A stretch of 64,000 nucleotides of DNA, taken from contig NIVC01001380.1 in the NCBI GenBank assembly GCA_002269645.1, positions 62,001 through 126,000 on the forward strand, read 5' to 3'. Of the stretch, positions 48,154-59,400 are shown piece by piece (the stretch's first letter is position 1; each line of letters opens with the position of its first letter). This DNA is from Macrostomum lignano (taxonomy: Eukaryota). Made by a program: the position numbers and the translations under genes. The notes below the pieces were generated by a model, which was not told where the DNA came from, did not search any database, and saw only the letters and a list, made by a program, of their open reading frames with translations.

Positions 48154-51100
48154 TGGAGTGACCGAGGGCGGCTGTAGACTGCGGACAGGCAGGTAGCGAA
48201 GCGGCGATGCGCTGAAGTGACGAGGCGCTGATGTAGCTCAGGCGGTGCTGAGGATGCTGGGCGGTGTCAGACCGCGGGTCGGCAGATGAACTCGCTGGTG
48301 AGGGTCAGATCAATGTCTGACAGCAAGTCCACAGAAGGACCACTTCGGAGACGAGACACAAGAATAACTTCTGAGGGTTCTCACGCCGAAAATCGCTTCC
48401 TTAAATAGACCTCACGGTCGCCGCTCCAAGGTCGTTTCCATGACTCCCTCTCTCTGATTGGCTGCCGGAGAAATGACGTCAGAATGAGTCATGATGAGAA
48501 GCATGAGAACGGCATAGCAACATAAAAAATGGGAAAATCGCGCAATCCGGAGGAGGGGTGGGGGATAATGAGCACAGCGGGGGGTCGAGAAAGTGTTGCG
48601 CAAGCAAACACTGAGAACAATGGGACTCAGGCCGAGGAACAAAGGAAATGGAAATTGGGAATATTTGGGAGAACCGAGAACAATATAAAAGTAAACATTA
48701 GAGAAAAGGTGCTAATTGGGTGCGAAAAGGGGAACAATAGAACGAGAAAATCTGGGAAAATAGGATAATTAGGTGCGAAAACGAGAACAATAGAAGCGGA
48801 GGTGGGGTGGGTGTCACATGAGAAATCTTGAGAAGAGAACAATAGCATGGGAAAAAGTTGCGCAAGAGGAGGGTGATGAGTCATCGGGGGGGGGGGGGGG
48901 AGGAAGGGTCAAAAGCCTTGCGTCACCGTTTAGGAATCTAACAGAAGATGGGGTAACGGTGAGCCCAATCAATACTGTAAGTAGACGCAGGGTGAGGAGG
49001 GGACAGCGCAAGAAAAAAATGCTAAAACAGGAGGAGAAAAGGTGAGAAAAACATGAGAAGTACATGAGAAAAGGGGAGGGGCGCATGAGAAGTGGGGAGG
49101 CGGGCGAGGGGCACGTAGGGCTCCGGAAAGGCAAGTGTGGCTGACCCGGCCCAGTCTCGACAGCTCTGCCCAGTAGGTGCACAGGATGCTTCAAAACAGT
49201 TCCCTCACGATCCCGCGACCAGGGCGTGGCTACATCAAATCAATGTGCTCATGTACGAGTATGTATACTGGCCTGCACAATCTTGATCAGCTGGAATACT
49301 CCAGCTTTATAGATTTGTTTTATAATTCTTTCCTGTGTAATAACCAAAACAATTTGGTAGCATAAGAAGCAAAATGAAAGTTTGATAGTTGACAGTGTCA
49401 CTCAGCTCACAGTGTCACTCAGCTCACAGCGTCACTCAGCTCACAGCGTCACTCAGCTCACAGTGTCACTCAGCTCAGCTCACAGTGTCACTCAGCTCAC
49501 AGTGTCACTCAGCTCACAGTGTCACTCAGCTCACAGTGTCACTCAGCTCACAGTGTCACTCAGCTCACAGTGTCACTCAGCTCACAGTGTCACTCAGCTC
49601 ACAGTGTCACTCAGCTCACAGTGTCACTCAGCTCACAGTGTCACTCAGCTCACAGTGTCACTCAGCTCACAGTGTCACTCAGCTCACAGTGTCACTCAGC
49701 TCACAGTGTCACTCAGCTCACAGTGTCACTCAGCTCACAGTGTCACTCAGCTCACAGTGTCACTCAGCTCAGCTCACAGTGTCACTCAACTCACAGTGTC
49801 ACTCAGCTCACAGTGTCACTCAACTCACAGTGTCACTCAGCTCAGCTCACAGTGTCACTCAACTCACAGTGTCACTCAGCTCACAGTGTCACTCAGCTCA
49901 CAGTGTCACTCAGCTCAGCTCACAGTGTCACTCAGCTCACAGTGTCACTCAGCTCACAGTGTCACTCAGCTCACAGTGTCACTCAGCTCACAGTGTCACT
50001 CAGCTCACAGTGTCACTCAGCTCACAGTGTCACTCAGCTCACAGTGTCACTCAGCTCACAGTGTCACTCAGCTCACAGTGTCACTCAGCTCACAGTGTCA
50101 CTCAGCTTACAGTGTCACTCAGCTCAGTGTCACTCAGCTCAATCTCAATCCCTATCTCCCCGCCCTCCCCAGGGCCGCAGCTCAGCGCCGACCCCGCCAG
50201 CCGACCCTCAGCCGCGGCCGCGGTGTCGCAGCCGAGCGAGTCGCAGCCTGCCGAGGCGGTGCTGCTGCTCAACTGGACTTCCAGCGCTGCCGCAGGCGCC
50301 GACCTGCTGCAGTTCCGCGTGAGCAGCGCCTCGAAGCCCTACTTGCTGAGGGAGGCTGCGTTCAACTCGATGAGGCTGTTGCTGAGCCTTGCGGAGGCGG
50401 AGCTGCTCTCGCTGAAGCTGACGGTGGCGGTGGCTGCCGTGGCGAACAAATCCGGGCTGAGGCAGGAGGGCTCGGAGATCGTCATTGCTGAGCAGCTGCA
50501 GATGCGTGAGTTCAGCTCAGAGTCTTTGTTGTGAGTGAGTGTTGGTTCTGAGTGAGTGTTGGTTCTGAGTGAATGTTGGTTCTGAGTGAGTCTTGGTTCT
50601 GAGTGAGTCTTGGTTCTGAGTGAGTCTTGGTTCTGAGTGAGTCTTGGTTCTGAATGAGTCTTGGTTCTGAGTGAGTGTTGGTTCTGAGTGAGTGTTGGTT
50701 CTGAGTGAGTCTTGGTTCTGAGTGAGTCTTGGTTCTGAGTGAGTCTTGGTTCTGAGTGAGTCTTGGTTCTGAGTGAGTCTTGGTTCTGAGTGAGTCTTGG
50801 TTCTGAGTGAGTCTTGGTTCTGAGTGAGTCTTGGTTCTGAGTGAGTCTTGGTTCTGAGCCCGGTTTCCCCGCCGCCGTCCCGCAGCGCCCGGCCGCCCTT
50901 CGGTGTCGCTGCTGCCGGACAGGCGCGCCGTCGTGGTGTCGCTGACTGCCAGCCCCGGCTCCGAGCTGTTGACGGCGGCCGCCCACGCAGACAGCGGGAG
51001 CTTCGCTGCTGCTACCAACAGCTGCCGCCCGGACTCCGGCAGGTGCACCGTGGCTCTGCAGCCGCTGAGGCCGTTCACCAACTACTTGGTGGAGGCGGTC

Positions 51101-53600
51101 GCCGAGCTGTCGGGGCTGGCCTCGCTGCCCCAGAGGTCGGAGGTTCGAACGCTGGAGGACGCGCCGTCGCAGCCGCAGTCGGTGAGGCTGGACGATGCGT
51201 CATCGCAGTTGCTATGCGACTGGCGGGCTCCCAGCGAGCCGAACGGCGTCATCCGCAACTACTCGGTGGCCTGGGGCTCGCTGAGCTTCCCGGACGGCGC
51301 TGAGATTCGCGTCGAAGCCAAGGAGGCGGCGGCCGACACGACCCGCCTGCCGCTCGAGCCGCCGCCGCTGCCGGGACACGTCGCCTTCTGCCGCGTCGGC
51401 GCCTGTACGGGCGGTGGCTGCAGCCGCGGCAGCGACAGGGCGGAGCGGCGGCTGCCCGACGGCGAGGCACCCGCGGTGTCCGGCGGCCTGCAGCCACTGG
51501 CGGTCCCTGGCGGTCCCGTCCGCCTCAGCTGGAAGCCGCTCAGCCCCGAGCTCGGCCGGGGCGTCGTGTTCGAGTTCAAGCTGCGACTGGACGGTCCGAG
51601 CGGCTGCGCGGCGGCCCGGCGGCTGAACTGCTCCGACTGCGGCCGCCACCGCCTCCAGCTGCAGTCGGAGGAGGCCCGCCAGCGGCTCGAGGCCCTGACG
51701 GCCGACTGCTCAGCGCCGGTGTTCGTGCGAGCCTTCAAGTTCGGCGACGCCTTGCTGTCCGCGGAGGTCGCCGTCAGCTCTGAGGGCGCCTCGCCTCGCT
51801 CGCTGCTGCCCTGGACCGAGTACAGCGCCTCGCTGTGGCCGGTGAACCTCGCGGGGCCCGGCGCCGCCGCCTCCGCCTCCTTCCGCAGCCCGGAGACTCG
51901 CAGCGGCGCCGTCGCCAGCCTGCGGGCGACGCCCTCGGAGGCGGAGGCGCTGGTGGATTTCGAGGAGCCGCGGCTGCCAAACGGCCTGCTGCAGGCCTTT
52001 GCTGTGCAGGTGACAGTCTTCTACCTGAGCTTTTGTCATCCTGAAGAAAAATTCTTCAGAAAACTCTCGCACCAGCCTCTACCTTTGGTTCGATTCCATT
52101 CTTTTGGGTCTTGAGGACGAAAATTGGCTTGCGATTTACACCCATGATGGCCAAAAGCCAAGGCAAGGGCCGCTGTGCACACTGTGTGTGCCTGTGGGTA
52201 TGACTGCGTACGTATCCGCGCCCTTGTGTGCCTGCTCAGTGGATGGAAACGGTGGATTGGGCAGTAATGCCTCTCGCCGGTTGTGTGACAATGCCACTTA
52301 AAGTGCGGCAGTTGCACAGAGCCCTTTAAAAAAATAATAAATAACAAACCAGAGCAGTTTTAGATTGTGCGGAAGTGCATTTTTGTGTACACATGCACTT
52401 ATGTCTATTTACTGTCATGCCTGCAACTAGCTAACGCATTCCGCGCTATACCGCAGGTGTTCAGGATGTCTTCCGATGCCTGCTCTCAGCTTCTGGTTCT
52501 GAACTCCACAACTGCCGGCTGTCAGCTGCCTCTGTGCTCCACCTCCGGTCTTCTGTTTGGACTTTCGCAGGGTTGCGCCAGCACCCAGTACGTCAGCAAC
52601 ATTGCAGGAAACGGTTCGGCTAACAAGTACGCCGTCAGAGTGTGGCGGCTGCAGCCGGGCACCGAGTACTCGGTGAAGGTAACGCCAATCAGTCAGACTT
52701 TGGCCGGAGCTGCAGCTCAGCTCAAATTCGTCACTGCCGGCGGTGGTAACCTAGCGACCATCGTGGTAGCGTCCGTGGTCACGACCTTAGCCGTTTTGAT
52801 CATCGCGGCTATCGTTGCGCTCGTAGTTTTCAGACATAAAAAACGGACTGACAGGTGAGGCGTAGTGAGTAGTTGATTGTTTTGTTTTCTGCTTAACAAT
52901 CACTATTGACAGAATAATTTGATCCTATGAAGATACGATCGAGCTAAATCATACTGGAAGGGCCAACTGCACTTCATGGGATCACTTCTTGTTCTAGGCT
53001 TTTCACTTGAACTTCTGTCTTCATTAATTCGATTGCCTGCCCTCTCTTTATTTTCTATCCTTATCTCGCTTTTGATAGGCTCTTAGAGTTCTTATCACTG
53101 TCGCAGTCGCGCTCACTCTGTCTCTCTTGCCCCCTGTACATTCGTTTTATTTTACCCAACCCTGAAGTGTACAGTAAAATTAATTCAGACTGCTTTCTAA
53201 GAATGGCAAAAAAGAACTCCTGGCCACTTTGTCCAATCACGCACACGTCACGCACACGTCTACAAAAAATCCCTATTTCATCTCATTATTCCTCTGATTA
53301 TAACATTTAATTTAGTTGCTTTATATTGTGCAGTACGTTTAATTTAGGCCGCACACTGTGACACTACTATAAACACTTGTGTGCAAACGCCATAACTTTG
53401 CCTATAGCAACGAGACTTCTGAGCCAACAATATCATCTAACAGCGCCTCAGTAAGCAACCGAAGCAGCGTCAATGACTACGCCACTGTGTCAGAAACTGC
53501 ATGCGCTATGACGACGGCTCAAGCCTCTGACGACTACGTGCAGATCGGTGCTTCAGGTGGTCTGAGGATGCAGTTCAGCAATCAGGGCTACTTGCTATAA
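42197..53600 (+). CDS. Type I membrane protein: signal peptide, ~10 fibronectin type III domains, TM helix and short Tyr-motif tail (~1170 aa). Exons 42197-42566, 43057-43323, 44197-44469, 44548-44817, 45286-45570, 50173-50505, 50886-52009, 52457-52854, 53408-53600.
   Basis: Signal peptide MFSRKVRCEFLFPCFWLLLTAAAVAQA; FN3 signatures (IIVAW..GLRAATEYSF, LRPFTNYLV, WRAPSEPNGVIRNYSV, LLPWTEYS, LQPGTEYSVKV); TM LATIVVASVVTTLAVLIIAAIVALVVF followed by RHKKR. Exon lengths sum to 3513 nt (1171 codons) with compatible phases. Confidence 0.85.
43385..43680 (-). mobile_element. SINE family A copy
   Basis: Near-complete tRNA head, CORE-like segment and 3' tail homologous to the other family A copies. 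Confidence 0.82.
45756..46932. repeat. 30-bp minisatellite (~39 copies), FN3-gene intron 5
   Basis: Unit GGCATCTCAGCATCTGTCCGTTGAGTCTCT. Confidence 0.97.
48099..48150. repeat. (AG)26 microsatellite
   Basis: Seen directly. Confidence 0.97.
49393..50140. repeat. 17-bp minisatellite CAGTGTCACTCAGCTCA (~43 copies)
   Basis: Seen directly, ending just upstream of FN3 exon 6. Confidence 0.97.
50530..50858. repeat. 17-bp minisatellite GAGTGAGTCTTGGTTCT (~19 copies)
   Basis: Seen directly; fills FN3 intron 6. Confidence 0.97.
52165..52345 (+). mobile_element. 5'-truncated SINE family B copy
   Basis: AGGGCCGCTGT...GGGCAGTAATGCCTCTCGCCGGTTGTGTG and an A-rich tail. Confidence 0.72.
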
Positions 53601-55639
53601 CGCATATATAATTGATTTTCATAACTAGTTTTCAAAACTGACTCTGATCGTATTATTAACTTATTCCAGAAAGTCGATGAACACTGAAGCCTATATTTAC
53701 ATGTACTTTAAAAAATGTGTGGGCTGTTGTATGATTCACACGCCTGAGGACTAGCCTCAAAGGCACAGAAAGTGTACATGTCTATAACGATTAGAAAGTA
53801 TGGACTGCTATACACTGTATGAGCGTGTTGAAAGGGCATTTTGTCCGTGTCTGCAACTCTCCCAGCGAATAATATGACTATATTTATCAGACTTTAAAAC
53901 TATGACTTTGATCATGCAAACTTGTACTCATGACTGGATGATGCGAGTCAGTAAGTTAATGTACATGTATTAACTCTCGTACTTATATTGCATAAGGAAA
54001 TAAATATGCTACAATAATATTATGCAATAACAAAAATTACCCGATTTCTTACAAAAGGCGAGCGTACTTTACTATAATTAACGACATGTAGCTTATGTAG
54101 TACGTACGTACCTGCAACATTAATTTAAACCATCCTTTTGGCGCGCCGCAATCACAAAACTAGTGAAGAAGAAATGGTACTTTAAAGTAGAGCGATAAAA
54201 AGCCCTATAGCATGCGTCTCATAACAATAAGTACTAACAAATGGGTAAAAGTCTACATGTCTGCATCAAGTCTGCATAAATTTAAAGTTACTTGAGTTGT
54301 TCTTGGTCTGCATTAAAAATACCCCGGGTTTTAACTACATGTAGAAGGTGTAAAACAAAAGAAAAAACTTCGTTTAGAAAACTGCTTTTAAGAAAAATTT
54401 GCCTTGAAAATGCAGTTGAAAAAAGCAGTTTATGTCATCTTTACGTTTTTATTCTGATATACATGGGGTTCGAAAATGGTACCACAACAATTTTTGGTAT
54501 AGTAAAATTATTGGAAATTGCAAATACTCGAGTTCATCATCTTTGATAAGCTGATAAGCGGCGTAAGTGAGCCTAGAAAAACATAGGTGATTGTAGCTGT
54601 AAGAAAAAATTTATAATGTAATAATAATTTCTATTTAAATTACGTTACTTTACAGTATTAGTTTCTTGGTTTAACTAATAGTAAAATGAGGCTTTGTTTA
54701 TACTTTTATACTTTTAACATGTAACTGATGTACAGATACTCTACACACTAACAGTAACACAGTAATTGTACTGTTAATTAATTGTTGTTTTTTTATTTTC
54801 CAGTTAGAATTCTTTCAAACTGCAGATTTTTTTGATATAGTATATTTTTGCCTATTTTATGAAAGCTTCAGCAATAAAAGTTTTTTCTCATTGTAATAAT
54901 ATTAATTAGGTCATCGTTTTATTAGCTGGTATTCATTGTAATTATTTGTTAATTCATTTTTAAGTTTAAAATTATATTGCTGCAGCTGATTGGCATTATT
55001 CCATTAATATTTATTAATTGGCTAACTCATTTCTTGAATTAAATATTGAAAATATCAATATTATAGTAATATATAGATTATATTGTAAATGTTAGAAAAG
55101 TAAGCCCTGAATCTTTCATTAAATTATAGGCCTATAGCAACATTTACATATCTTTCAGTTTGCTTAAAAGTATAAATATAATGTAATAATAAAATCTAAA
55201 TTATACTTTTAATCTACCAAGAAAAATCTATCTATCTAGAGTTTCATAAAAAGAAAATTATGATAGATAAAGCCTACTAAGTTAGGCCTAGTTTGATATA
55301 ATTTTCATATTGATATAATCATTAACCTTATTAAAACAAGTTTCCAAAACATATTGATAGGGCCTATATAGCTATATACCATTTGTATAGAAAAATTGTT
55401 CTAAAACTATAAGGATATTGGCCTAGCCAGAGTTAAATGTATAATTTATAAATTATAAATACTACTAGACCTAGTAATTTGCTCAAATTCAAAAGGTATC
55501 ACTATGCACTATTTATGAAATTGTTAGAATATAGACTTTAATTTAAAGAAGACCATTTTACTTTAAATTCAAAATTATATGTTGAAAATACTGGCTATAT
55601 TTTAGAAGGCCTAATATACAATCAGTATTTAGCCTATTC

Positions 55640-56022
55640 GGGGGGCTGTAGCCCAGCGGTAGCGCAGCTGCTCTGGTGTGCCAGCAACCCAGGCTTGATT
55701 CCAAGTGCAGTCACATTAATTTGGGGCTGAATTGGAATCTTGGCTTGGCTCTGCTCGTGCAATTAATGGCCTTGAGAGCCAACCCCCAAGGCGCAGTGAA
55801 GTGTATATGCCTAACGATAAAATAAAGTTAGGGCCGCTGTACACTCCTGTGTGAGTGTGTGCCTGTGCGTATGACTGCGTACGTATCCGCGCACTTGTAT
55901 GCCTGCTCAGGGGAGTTGGCGGAATGGGCAGTAATGCCTCTCGCCGGTTGTGTGCCTATGTCGCTTAAAGTGCACCAGGGTGCACACAACCCCCCTGCCT
56001 CTAATAAAAAAAAATAAAATAA
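55640..56022 (+). mobile_element. Full-length SINE family B (383 bp)
   Basis: tRNA-like head, A-rich tail and a perfect 13-bp TSD ATTTAGCCTATTC (55627-39, 56023-35). Confidence 0.9.
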
Positions 56023-56424
56023 ATTTAGCCTATTCTTTTTGACAAATTTCAGTGGTTAGTTGGTAAGAATTAAAATTGTAAGGTCTAACTTTTAGTCAAC
56101 AAGAGTATTGATGAAGTCCTATAAAGTTTGGCTTTTATAACTAGAGATTATCATTTTTATTATATTGGATTTAGTTCATTAAAATGTTTTGTTGGTTGTG
56201 TAAATATATTTTAGAGTTATTATCAATATTATTACTCGAACATTGCAGATTCAGTCCAATCTGAACAGAACTATTTCGTTGTGAAATCAGTGCATGCTTT
56301 TGTGTCATGTTGCCAATCTAAGCAGGCAAGGAGCAAGCATCTGAAGCACAAACTTTCACCAACGTATTGACTACTAATAGTAGTTTTTTTTCGATTTTTC
56401 AAATTCAAATATCTAACAATTTCG

Positions 56425-59400
56425 ATGGAAAAAGAGTTGACAGGCGAGTCGGAGTTTGAGTCGCAACAGAGCCATGGCGAGTCGAGCTTGGCTCAACCGT
56501 CTATTGAGGATCCTGCTGACAATGGCAAAGTTGGTGCCGCTGACAATGGCGACGATGACATCTGTGACGATGCAATTGCAGTTGCTGCTGCCGCGGCCTC
56601 TTCAGCTGATGGTGTTGGATCCCAGGAGTTGGGCAACTATTTGCAGAGCTACATGGGCCGGCGGGCAGCTGCGGCTGAGGCTACCGAGCCAGGTGGGTTT
56701 TTGCCCTCTCGTTACTCTCATCTATGACCTCATTGTGTAGCTCATCTATGACATTTTGTAGCTCATCTATGACCGCATTATCTAGATCATCTATGAACGC
56801 ATTATCTAGACTAACTATGATCTCATTTTATAGCTCATCTATGACCGCATTATCTAGATCAAACTATGACATCATTTTGTAGCTCATCTATGACCTTATT
56901 GTGTAGCTCATCTATGACCGCATTATCTAGATCAACTATGACCGCATTATCTAGATCATCTATGACCGCATTATCTAGACTAACTATGACCTCATTTTAT
57001 AGCTCATCTATCACCGCATGATCTAGATCAAACTATGACATCATTTTGTTGCTCATCCATGACCTCATTTTTTAGCTCATCTATGACATAATTATCTAGC
57101 TCAATTGTGACTTCACTTTGTATCTCATCTATGAAGACATTTTGTAGCTCAACTATGACCTCACTTTGTAGCTCATCTTTGACCTCATTATGTATTTCAT
57201 CTTTGACCTCATTGTGTAATTCATCTTTGAGCTCATTGTATACCTCATCTATGAATTCCCTGTGTAGCTTATATAACTCACTTTTTAGTTCATATATAAC
57301 CTCGTTATGTATCTCATTGATGACCTCATTTCAGGCAGCCTCAACGTCTACGAAGAGCTGCGCCAGAAAGAGCAGGATCTGCTTCTAGCAGCAGAGCTTG
57401 GCCGGGCGCTTCTATGCAGCAACGCCCAGCTCAAAGAGGAGGCCGAGCTGCTGCGAGCCGAGTTCGAAGCTCGCCTGGCCGCTTCGGAAAGGGAGAAGGC
57501 CGACCTGCGAGGCAAGATGGACGCCGCTGAGCAGGACTGGGACGCTCAGCTAAGGGACTTGCAAGTGAGTTGTTTGAGTAGGTGTACCAGCTACTCCACT
57601 GTAGCTATTAAAATCCCACTATAAAGATCTGTGCTTTGTGTGAAGCTTTCCCCTTATTGGGTGTGTCCATGGCATGTGTGAGATTCTCAATAGCATGTGT
57701 GAGATTCTCAATGAGACCTGTAAAACCCTCAATGAGATATGTGAGATTCTCAATGAGATATGTGAGATTCTCAATGAGATATGTGAGATTCTCAATGAGA
57801 TATGTGAAAGTCTCAATGAGATGTGTGAGATTCTCAATAGCATGTCTGAGATTCTCAATGAGATCTGTGAAATCCTCAATGAGATATATGAGATTCTCAG
57901 TAAGATTTGTGAGATTCTCAATAGGATCTGTTAGATTTTGGTTGAGCTCTGTGAGATTCTCAATGAGATCTGTGAGATTATCAGTGAGATTTGTGAGATT
58001 CTCAATGGGATTTGTGACATTCTTGATGCGATTTGTGAGATTGTCAATGATATTTGTGAGATTCTCAAAAAGATATGTGAGATTCTCAATGAGATCTGTG
58101 AGATTCTCAAAGAGATATGTCAGATTCTCAATGAGACCTGTGAGATTCTCAATTAAATCTGTTGAAAATATAACGGCCTATTTATTCTTCCATTCTTTAC
58201 AAAATATCCCCACCAAAAATGCCCGATCCCAATTTTTTTCTCCGTCTTTCTCAGGCTGAAACTCGCGCCCTACGCGAGGAGCTGCGCCGGCAGCAGGTGG
58301 CCAGATCCGAGCTGCTGGCCGCCAACGAGCGACTTCTTGAAGACTGCCGTCAGAGCGCCGCTCGGGTTGAGAGCCTTCAGGTAGGAATATTTGCTAATCC
58401 ATCTTTTATCCGATATTATTAACCACTCTTAATAGCGTTTTTCTCTAAATAGAATCGGCTTATATAAGTTTGGCCAGTTCGACATCCTTAATCTGCTGTG
58501 TATCCACTATCCAGTCTATTTAACCTTGAGGTGGTCTCTCATTACCATCCGTACAGCACCCTTATCTACTCTTTATGATTCGTTCCATAATCAGCGCCCC
58601 TGTTCCACCCTCTAATCCACCCTCTAATCCGCCCCTGATCTGCCCTCTAATCCGCCCCTGATCTGCCCTCTAATCCGCCCCTGATCTGCCCTCTAATCCG
58701 CCCCTGATCTGCCCTCTAATCCGCCCCTGATCTTCCCTCTAATCTGCCCTCTAATCCGCCCTCTAATTCGCCCCTGATCTGCCCTCTAATCCGCCCTCTA
58801 ATCCGCCCCTAATCTGCCCTCTAATCTGCCCTCTAATCTGCCCTCTAATCCGCCCCTAATCCACCCTCTAATCCGCCCCTAATCTGCCCTCTAATCCGCC
58901 CTCTAATCCGCCTCTGATCTGCCCTCTAATCCGCCCCTGATCTGCCCTCTAATCCGCCCCTAATCTGCTCTCTAATCCGCCCCTGATCTGCCCTCTAATC
59001 CGCCCCTGATCTGCCCTCTAATCTGCCCTCTAATCCACCTCTGATCTGCCCTCTAATCCGCCCTCTAATCCGCCCCTAATCTGCCCTCTAATCCGCCCCT
59101 GATCTGCCCTCTAATCCGCCCCTGATCTGCCCTCTAATCTGCCCTCTAATCCACCTCTGATCTGCCCTCTAATCCGCCATCTAATCCGCCCTCTAATCCG
59201 CCCCTAATCTGCCCTCTAATCCGCCCCTGATCTGCCCTCTAATCCGCCCCTGATCTGCCCTCTAATCCGCCCCTGATCTGCCCTCTAATCTGCCCTCTAA
59301 TCCACCTCTGATCTGCCCTCTAATCCGCCCTCTAATCCGCCCCTAATCTGCCCTCTAATCCGCCCCTGATCTGCCCTCTAATCCGCCCCTGATCTGCCCT

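Noticed and set aside
49382-50986. ORFs of 189-381 aa (VSLSSQCHSAHS.., SEPRLTQNQD..)
   Set aside because: Read-through of the 17-bp arrays; only 50173-50505 and 50886 onward are supported as exons.
53341-53378. Acceptor AATTTAG at 53347 for the last FN3-gene exon
   Set aside because: It leads to TAA at 53370. The acceptor at 53406-07 is phase-compatible and keeps the Tyr-motif tail.
57636-58259. ORFs such as MRYVRFSMRYVRFS and NEICEILNEICEIL
   Set aside because: Translations of the 21-bp minisatellite in BICDL1 intron 2.
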